32,000 nt of DNA. Origin: Mycobacterium tuberculosis H37Rv. GTDB lineage: Bacteria > Actinomycetota > Actinomycetes > Mycobacteriales > Mycobacteriaceae. Positions 22,762-29,947 of this stretch are shown in pieces. Position numbers and translations under genes: made by a program. Every line of letters starts with the position of its first letter. The stretch's first letter is position 1. The notes below the pieces were generated by a model. The model had not been told where the DNA came from and ran no database searches. It was given only the letters and a program-made list of their open reading frames with translations. The stretch is taken from NCBI RefSeq assembly GCF_000195955.2, contig NC_000962.3, positions 960,001-992,000 on the forward strand. The letters are read 5' to 3'.

Positions 22762-23784
22762 ATGGACAGGACGCGCATAGTTCGGCGGTGGCGCCGCAAC
22801 ATGGACGTGGCCGACGACGCCGAGTACGTGGAAATGCTGGCCACACTGTCCGAGGGGTCTGTGCGGCGGAATTTCAACCCGTACACCGATATCGACTGGG
22901 AGTCGCCGGAGTTCGCCGTCACGGACAACGATCCCCGGTGGATCCTCCCGGCGACCGATCCGTTGGGCCGCCACCCCTGGTACCAGGCGCAGTCGCGGGA
23001 ACGCCAGATCGAGATCGGGATGTGGCGCCAGGCCAACGTGGCCAAGGTCGGGCTGCACTTCGAATCCATCCTGATTCGCGGCCTGATGAACTACACGTTC
23101 TGGATGCCCAACGGCTCACCGGAATACCGGTATTGCCTGCACGAATCGGTCGAAGAGTGCAACCACACCATGATGTTCCAGGAGATGGTCAACCGTGTCG
23201 GCGCGGACGTTCCGGGGCTGCCACGGCGGCTGCGGTGGGTTTCACCGCTGGTTCCGCTGGTGGCCGGACCATTGCCGGTGGCCTTCTTCATCGGCGTGCT
23301 CGCTGGGGAGGAGCCCATCGACCACACGCAAAAGAACGTGTTGCGCGAAGGCAAGTCGCTGCATCCGATCATGGAACGAGTGATGTCCATTCACGTGGCC
23401 GAGGAAGCGCGGCACATCTCGTTCGCCCACGAGTACTTGCGTAAGCGGCTGCCGCGCCTGACCCGGATGCAGCGGTTCTGGATCTCGCTCTACTTCCCCC
23501 TGACGATGCGGTCGTTGTGCAACGCGATCGTGGTGCCGCCCAAGGCATTCTGGGAGGAATTCGACATCCCGCGCGAGGTCAAGAAGGAGTTGTTCTTCGG
23601 CTCGCCGGAGTCGCGAAAGTGGTTGTGCGACATGTTTGCCGACGCCCGCATGCTGGCCCACGATACCGGATTGATGAACCCGATCGCTCGGCTAGTGTGG
23701 CGACTCTGCAAGATCGACGGCAAGCCGTCGCGCTACCGCAGCGAGCCGCAGCGTCAGCACTTGGCTGCCGCGCCGGCCGCATAG
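22762..23784 (+). CDS. AurF-like ferritin-fold diiron oxygenase family protein (Rv0885-like)
   Basis: ATG at 22762 is preceded by GGGGAGG. The ligand pattern E(101)...E-E-C-N-H(132-135)...G-E-E(183-184)...H-V-A-E-E-A-R-H(211-218) corresponds to E / ExxH / E / HxxxExxH. The longest ORF starts at 22729. Confidence 0.75.
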   Translation: MDRTRIVRRWRRNMDVADDAEYVEMLATLSEGSVRRNFNPYTDIDWESPEFAVTDNDPRWILPATDPLGRHPWYQAQSRERQIEIGMWRQANVAKVGLHFESILIRGLMNYTFWMPNGSPEYRYCLHESVEECNHTMMFQEMVNRVGADVPGLPRRLRWVSPLVPLVAGPLPVAFFIGVLAGEEPIDHTQKNVLREGKSLHPIMERVMSIHVAEEARHISFAHEYLRKRLPRLTRMQRFWISLYFPLTMRSLCNAIVVPPKAFWEEFDIPREVKKELFFGSPESRKWLCDMFADARMLAHDTGLMNPIARLVWRLCKIDGKPSRYRSEPQRQHLAAAPAA

Positions 23785-23802
23785 CTTGCTACGAGTGCAC
23801 GC

Positions 23803-25530
23803 ATGCCGCACGTAATTACTCAGTCGTGCTGCAACGACGCGTCCTGCGTCTTCGCATGTCCGGTGAACTGCATCCACCCGACGCCGGACGAGCCGGGCTT
23901 CGCGACCTCGGAAATGCTCTATATCGATCCGGTGGCCTGCGTGGACTGTGGTGCCTGCGTAACCGCCTGCCCGGTCAGCGCGATCGCGCCGAACACCCGG
24001 TTGGACTTCGAGCAGCTGCCGTTCGTCGAAATCAATGCGTCGTATTACCCGAAGCGGCCCGCCGGCGTGAAGCTAGCGCCGACGTCGAAGCTGGCTCCGG
24101 TGACTCCGGCCGCCGAGGTGCGTGTGCGCCGGCAGCCGCTGACGGTAGCCGTCGTCGGGTCCGGGCCCGCGGCGATGTATGCCGCCGATGAGCTGCTGGT
24201 CCAGCAGGGAGTGCAGGTCAACGTCTTTGAGAAGCTGCCGACACCCTACGGGCTGGTGCGCTCCGGGGTGGCGCCGGATCACCAGAACACCAAGCGGGTC
24301 ACGCGACTATTTGACCGGATCGCCGGTCATCGCCGCTTCCGGTTCTATCTCAACGTCGAGATCGGCAAGCATCTAGGCCATGCCGAGCTATTGGCCCACC
24401 ATCACGCCGTGCTGTACGCGGTCGGAGCGCCCGACGACCGCCGGCTGACGATTGACGGGATGGGACTGCCGGGCACCGGTACCGCCACGGAGCTGGTCGC
24501 GTGGCTCAACGGACATCCCGACTTCAACGATCTGCCAGTCGATCTCAGTCACGAACGCGTGGTGATCATCGGCAACGGGAATGTCGCGCTCGACGTGGCG
24601 CGCGTGCTTGCGGCCGATCCGCACGAGCTGGCCGCCACCGACATCGCCGACCACGCGTTGTCCGCGTTACGCAACTCGGCGGTCCGTGAGGTGGTGGTCG
24701 CCGCCCGCCGCGGTCCTGCCCATTCGGCGTTCACCCTGCCCGAGCTGATCGGGCTCACGGCCGGAGCCGACGTCGTGCTTGACCCGGGAGATCATCAGCG
24801 AGTACTCGATGATCTGGCAATCGTTGCCGATCCGTTGACCAGGAACAAGCTGGAGATCTTGAGCACGCTGGGGGACGGGTCGGCGCCTGCGCGACGAGTC
24901 GGGCGCCCGCGGATCCGGCTGGCCTATCGGCTCACGCCGCGGCGCGTCCTCGGCCAGCGGCGGGCCGGCGGAGTTCAGTTCTCGGTCACCGGAACCGACG
25001 AGCTGCGCCAACTGGATGCTGGCCTGGTGCTGACGTCGATTGGCTACCGCGGCAAGCCGATTCCCGACCTGCCGTTCGACGAGCAGGCCGCGCTCGTGCC
25101 CAACGATGGTGGACGGGTCATCGACCCGGGCACCGGCGAGCCGGTGCCCGGCGCATACGTCGCGGGTTGGATCAAGCGCGGGCCCACCGGGTTCATCGGC
25201 ACGAACAAGTCCTGCTCTATGCAGACCGTTCAGGCGTTGGTGGCCGACTTCAACGACGGCCGGCTGACCGATCCGGTGGCTACACCGACGGCGCTGGATC
25301 AGCTGGTGCAGGCCCGCCAGCCCCAAGCCATCGGCTGTGCGGGATGGCGGGCCATCGACGCGGCCGAGATTGCGCGCGGCAGCGCCGACGGCCGGGTCCG
25401 CAACAAGTTCACCGACGTCGCCGAGATGCTCGCGGCAGCAACCAGCGCGCCTAAGGAACCGCTTCGGCGGCGCGTGCTGGCCCGGCTGCGTGACCTGGGG
25501 CAGCCGATCGTGCTAACCGTCCCCTTGTGA
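23803..25530 (+). CDS. fprB: Ferredoxin / NADPH-ferredoxin(adrenodoxin)-reductase fusion protein
   Basis: 575-aa ORF. The N-terminus has Fe-S Cys clusters (CCNDASCVFACPVNC, CVDCGACVTACP). These are followed by the FAD fold VAVVGSGPAAMYAA and an FprA-like reductase body. It starts 18 nt after the diiron gene. Confidence 0.93.
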   Translation: MPHVITQSCCNDASCVFACPVNCIHPTPDEPGFATSEMLYIDPVACVDCGACVTACPVSAIAPNTRLDFEQLPFVEINASYYPKRPAGVKLAPTSKLAPVTPAAEVRVRRQPLTVAVVGSGPAAMYAADELLVQQGVQVNVFEKLPTPYGLVRSGVAPDHQNTKRVTRLFDRIAGHRRFRFYLNVEIGKHLGHAELLAHHHAVLYAVGAPDDRRLTIDGMGLPGTGTATELVAWLNGHPDFNDLPVDLSHERVVIIGNGNVALDVARVLAADPHELAATDIADHALSALRNSAVREVVVAARRGPAHSAFTLPELIGLTAGADVVLDPGDHQRVLDDLAIVADPLTRNKLEILSTLGDGSAPARRVGRPRIRLAYRLTPRRVLGQRRAGGVQFSVTGTDELRQLDAGLVLTSIGYRGKPIPDLPFDEQAALVPNDGGRVIDPGTGEPVPGAYVAGWIKRGPTGFIGTNKSCSMQTVQALVADFNDGRLTDPVATPTALDQLVQARQPQAIGCAGWRAIDAAEIARGSADGRVRNKFTDVAEMLAAATSAPKEPLRRRVLARLRDLGQPIVLTVPL

Positions 25531-25971
25531 TGACATGGCGGCTTGGATCTCATCCATGTTGACCTCGCGCACCGGCTGGCCCAGCGACCAGTGGTGGCCG
25601 AACGGGTCGGCGACCACCCCGTAGCGGTCTCCCCAGAGCTGGTCCTCCAAGGCGGTCACCACCGTGGCGCCCGCGTTCAGGGCACGCTGGAACTTGGCGT
25701 CGACATCGGTGACGGTCAAATGAATGGTGACCGGTGTTCCGCCCAGCGAGGTGGGCGTCATCGACTTGCCGCCGCACATCTGCGGGACGTCGTCGTTGAG
25801 CATCACCGTAAAGCCGTTGATGCGTAGTGCGGCGTGGATCAGTTTGCCATCGGGACCGGGGACGCGCCCCAGTTCGACGGCGTCAAAGGCCTTGACGTAG
25901 AAGTCGATCGCCGAGGCAGCGTCGTCGACGACAAGGTGTGGTGACAGAGCGGGTTCGACGTTGATCGCCAT
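25513..25971 (-). CDS. Glyoxalase/bleomycin-resistance (VOC) family protein (Rv0887c-like)
   Basis: ATG at 25971 is preceded by AAGGAGA (152 aa; the longest ORF is 170 aa). The beta-alpha-beta-beta-beta type sequence FYVKAFDAVE...RYGVVADPFGHHWSL is present. The 3' end overlaps fprB by 18 nt in convergent orientation. Confidence 0.85.
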   Translation of the reverse strand: MAINVEPALSPHLVVDDAASAIDFYVKAFDAVELGRVPGPDGKLIHAALRINGFTVMLNDDVPQMCGGKSMTPTSLGGTPVTIHLTVTDVDAKFQRALNAGATVVTALEDQLWGDRYGVVADPFGHHWSLGQPVREVNMDEIQAAMSSQGDG

Positions 25972-27232
25972 GGTGTCTCCTTGTTGTTGGTGTGCTCGGC
26001 CAATCCGGGGCCCGGACAGGCTCACGGATATTGACTCCCGGCGCGATGGAAAATCATCGCGGTGCCGTCATTCAATCGCCGGACACGTGGCCACCGCCCA
26101 GCGGTGTGGCCAGCAAGCCGAATCTCAACCGCAGGTGTGTTCAATGAATACTTTTCCGTCACAACGTGATTGCTGCTTTGTGTCGACAAGCGCACTTTTC
26201 GGTCTCGACACGAATGCTCTTCCGTTACAGCGCAAGTTGAAACTTTCTGCACGCAACCCATGCCGACCATGTCCGCGCCACCCGCTCAAGCGCCGGTATG
26301 TGGCGCCTTGGCGGCTAGGCCAACCGCCCCCGGCAACGCCAGCTGCACACGCCCAGCGAAGCGCGATTGTCGGTACGGGTCGCGCTGCGAAACCTGCCTC
26401 CCATTCGCACTAGCAAAAGACTGTCGACAAGCGAGCAGTCGACTTCAGGCCGCGACCGAACCGGACGAGACGACAACAACATCTGTCATCTCAATGCGCT
26501 CACCAGGATCGCTACAATATCAGCCAGCTACATGAGCCGATGTATATCCAGGAAGGCTCTGCCGCCGACATGTTGGATCGCTCGCGCGGACAGCTGTACC
26601 GGCTCTACCTGGCTAGTAGGTGAATTCAATGGCGCGTTCGCTCATTACTCACCCATGTGCACAATAGGTTCGCGTGCGGCTCGCCGGCAACGTTGGCAAC
26701 ATCCCGATTCCCATTGATTGCACGTTGCGCGGCCTAACCCAATATTCCCGGACGAACAACGCCGAGGTCGTGCAGAGCGTCGAGACACACCACCGTCCCG
26801 CTAACTTTGATGCCCTCACCTGAGGAAAACCACAGGAGCGTCAGGTACTCACCCACTGCGGGAATTGCGATGACGTTCAAACCGATCGAGGCCGCGCAGC
26901 TACGCCAGCGCGCAGTGAACAGGCCGTAACTGGACCGCGCTTGCGCAACGTTCGAAAAGGGATCCGGTGGAGCGGCCCGACGACACCAAATAGGCCATAT
27001 CCCCCAAAGACTGGTATTGACAACCGTTCTGATGCCGCGTCAGACTTCCCACCACGCCACGGACCGTCCAACGCCAGAACTCAATACCGTCTCGTCCCAG
27101 GCGAAACCGTGAGCCTAGCCGATGATCTCCTGGCATTGGTCGGACTGGACTTGATCTGCTCGCTGACAAGCATACGTATCAGTGCTACGAACCGTTCACG
27201 CGGTGAACCTGCTGGGCGCACAAGGAGAATCG

Positions 27233-28705
27233 ATGGATTACGCCAAACGCATCGGCCAGGTTGGGGCGTTAGCCGTTGTCCTGGGGGTGGGGGCGGCGGT
27301 GACTACCCACGCGATCGGCTCTGCCGCGCCGACGGATCCGAGCTCCTCGAGCACCGATTCGCCGGTCGACGCGTGCTCGCCGTTGGGTGGGTCCGCCAGT
27401 TCGTTGGCTGCGATACCGGGCGCCAGTGTGCCACAGGTCGGCGTGCGACAGGTAGACCCCGGAAGCATCCCCGATGACTTGCTCAATGCCCTGATCGACT
27501 TTCTGGCCGCGGTACGCAACGGGTTGGTGCCCATCATCGAAAACCGCACTCCGGTAGCGAATCCGCAACAAGTCAGCGTCCCTGAGGGGGGCACCGTCGG
27601 CCCGGTCCGGTTTGACGCCTGCGACCCCGATGGCAACCGGATGACCTTCGCGGTGCGCGAGCGCGGTGCACCCGGTGGACCCCAGCATGGCATCGTGACC
27701 GTCGACCAACGAACGGCCAGCTTCATCTACACAGCCGATCCGGGTTTCGTTGGCACCGATACCTTCAGTGTGAACGTCAGCGATGACACCAGCCTGCACG
27801 TGCACGGTCTGGCGGGATACCTGGGTCCGTTCCATGGGCACGACGACGTCGCCACCGTGACCGTGTTCGTCGGCAACACCCCGACCGACACCATCAGCGG
27901 CGACTTCAGCATGCTCACCTACAACATCGCGGGGCTGCCCTTCCCGCTATCCAGCGCAATTCTGCCCCGGTTCTTCTACACCAAAGAGATTGGGAAGCGG
28001 CTCAACGCCTACTACGTCGCGAACGTCCAGGAGGATTTCGCCTACCACCAATTCCTCATCAAGAAATCCAAGATGCCCAGCCAGACCCCGCCGGAGCCGC
28101 CTACCTTGCTGTGGCCTATCGGTGTGCCCTTCTCCGACGGGCTCAATACCCTCTCGGAGTTCAAGGTGCAGCGGCTGGACCGGCAGACATGGTATGAGTG
28201 CACATCCGACAACTGCCTCACCTTGAAGGGCTTCACCTACAGCCAGATGCGGCTTCCCGGCGGTGACACGGTCGACGTCTACAACTTACATACCAACACC
28301 GGTGGAGGGCCGACCACCAACGCCAACCTCGCGCAGGTCGCCAACTACATCCAGCAGAACTCGGCGGGCCGCGCGGTCATCGTCACCGGCGACTTCAACG
28401 CGCGGTACTCCGACGACCAAAGCGCTCTGTTGCAATTTGCGCAGGTCAACGGGCTCACCGATGCCTGGGTGCAGGTAGAACACGGCCCCACCACACCGCC
28501 GTTCGCGCCCACTTGCATGGTCGGCAACGAGTGCGAGCTGCTCGACAAGATCTTCTATCGAAGCGGCCAGGGAGTGACGTTGCAGGCCGTCAGCTACGGC
28601 AACGAGGCGCCGAAATTCTTCAATTCCAAGGGTGAGCCACTGTCGGATCACAGCCCGGCGGTGGTCGGCTTCCACTACGTCGCGGACAACGTGGCCGTAC
28701 GGTGA
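27233..28705 (+). CDS. spmT: Secreted/outer-membrane EEP-family sphingomyelinase/nuclease (Rv0888-like) with an N-terminal Ig/cadherin-like domain
   Basis: ATG at 27233 is preceded by AAGGAG (27222-27227). A signal-like segment is MDYAKRIGQVGALAVVLGVGAAV. EEP motifs are LTYNIAGLP, VTGDFNARY and LSDHSP. Confidence 0.9.
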   Translation: MDYAKRIGQVGALAVVLGVGAAVTTHAIGSAAPTDPSSSSTDSPVDACSPLGGSASSLAAIPGASVPQVGVRQVDPGSIPDDLLNALIDFLAAVRNGLVPIIENRTPVANPQQVSVPEGGTVGPVRFDACDPDGNRMTFAVRERGAPGGPQHGIVTVDQRTASFIYTADPGFVGTDTFSVNVSDDTSLHVHGLAGYLGPFHGHDDVATVTVFVGNTPTDTISGDFSMLTYNIAGLPFPLSSAILPRFFYTKEIGKRLNAYYVANVQEDFAYHQFLIKKSKMPSQTPPEPPTLLWPIGVPFSDGLNTLSEFKVQRLDRQTWYECTSDNCLTLKGFTYSQMRLPGGDTVDVYNLHTNTGGGPTTNANLAQVANYIQQNSAGRAVIVTGDFNARYSDDQSALLQFAQVNGLTDAWVQVEHGPTTPPFAPTCMVGNECELLDKIFYRSGQGVTLQAVSYGNEAPKFFNSKGEPLSDHSPAVVGFHYVADNVAVR

Positions 28706-28739
28706 CAGCGGTTGATCGCCAACTGGTTTGCCGTCGGCC

Positions 28740-29861
28740 TCAGGCGGTGGTGAGTACCCGCTCCCAGCCGTCGACCGATTCCGGGCTGCGCGGGCCCGGT
28801 CCCACGTAAATGGCCGACGGGCGGACCAGCTTGCCGAGTCGCTTCTGCTCGAGAATGTGGGCACACCAGCCGGCAGTGCGCCCACAGGTGAACATTGCTG
28901 GCATCATGTTGGCCGGTACCCGGGCAAAGTCCAGGACCACTGCGGCCCAGAATTCGACATTGGTCTCGATCGCCCGATCCGGACGGCGCTCTCGCAGTTC
29001 TGACAGCGCAGCCTGCTCCACCGCGACCGCGACCTCGTAGCGGGGGGCGCCCAGCCGCTCGGCGGCCGCCCGCAGCACCCGCGCCCGCGGGTCCTCGGCG
29101 CGGTAGACCCGGTGCCCGAACCCCATCAGTTTCTCGCCGCGGTCCAGGATTCCCTTGACCACGCTGCGGGCATCGCCGGCGCGTTCGACCTCGTCGAGCA
29201 TCGGCAGGACGCGCGCCGGCGCGCCACCATGCAGCGGTCCGCTCATCGCCCCGATTGCGCCCGACAGCGCTGCTGCCACATCCGCCCCAGTTGAGGCGAT
29301 CACACGCGCGGTGAATGTCGAAGCGTTCATGCCGTGCTCGGCGGCCGACACCCAGTAGGCGTCAATGGCCTCGATGTGTCTGGGGTCTGGCTCGCCCTGC
29401 CAGCGCGTCATGAAACGTGCTGTGACCGTCGAGCATTCATCGATGATTCGCTGCGGGACCGCCGGCTGGTAGATGCCCCGTGCGGATTGCGCGACATAGG
29501 ACAGCGCCATCACCGATGCCCGGGCCAGCTGTTGGCGGGCGGTGGCGTCGTCGATGTCGAGCAGCGGCGCATATCCCCAGATGGGCGCCAGCATCGCCAG
29601 GCCGGCCTGGACGTCGACGCGCACATCGCCGGAGTGAATCGGCAGCGGGAACGGTTCAGCCGGCGGCAGCCCGCTGCCGAAGTTGCCGTCCACCAGCAGC
29701 GCCCACACATCGCCGAAGGTGACCCGCTGACTTACCAGGTCTTCGATGTCGACGCCACGGTAGCGCAGGGCCCCGCCGTCTTTGTCCGGCTCGGCGATCT
29801 CGGTCGTAAAGGCCACCACGCCGTCGAGGCCGGGGACGAAATTCTCCGGGACCACTGTCAT
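28740..29861 (-). CDS. citA: Citrate synthase (type II, short form)
   Basis: Citrate synthase signature GFGHRVYRAEDPRA. I chose the ATG at 29861 (MTVVPENFVPGLDG.., 373 aa); the longest ORF starts at 29912. Confidence 0.9.
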   Translation of the reverse strand: MTVVPENFVPGLDGVVAFTTEIAEPDKDGGALRYRGVDIEDLVSQRVTFGDVWALLVDGNFGSGLPPAEPFPLPIHSGDVRVDVQAGLAMLAPIWGYAPLLDIDDATARQQLARASVMALSYVAQSARGIYQPAVPQRIIDECSTVTARFMTRWQGEPDPRHIEAIDAYWVSAAEHGMNASTFTARVIASTGADVAAALSGAIGAMSGPLHGGAPARVLPMLDEVERAGDARSVVKGILDRGEKLMGFGHRVYRAEDPRARVLRAAAERLGAPRYEVAVAVEQAALSELRERRPDRAIETNVEFWAAVVLDFARVPANMMPAMFTCGRTAGWCAHILEQKRLGKLVRPSAIYVGPGPRSPESVDGWERVLTTA

Positions 29862-29947
29862 ACGAGAATTCTCACACCTGGCCCCGGCAACGACGCTACC
29901 GGCTGGTGCCAATCACGGTGCCGGCGATGAGCGTGCCGCGAGAATCG

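Noticed and set aside
26170-26535. 121-aa ORF (and neighbours 25961..26413, 26367..26717, 26900..27169) as genes in the long gap
   Set aside because: GC3 is low for this genome (about 63% by hand count). The products are low-complexity and Cys/Arg/Thr-rich, there is no SD or recognisable domain, and the ORFs overlap one another. I treated the region as non-coding or decayed and reported it as a finding.
29864-29873. Palindrome GAGAATTCTC immediately upstream of the citA ATG
   Set aside because: It is only 10 bp and contains an EcoRI site by chance-level composition. It overlaps the expected SD region, and I could not assess conservation. Too weak to call an operator.
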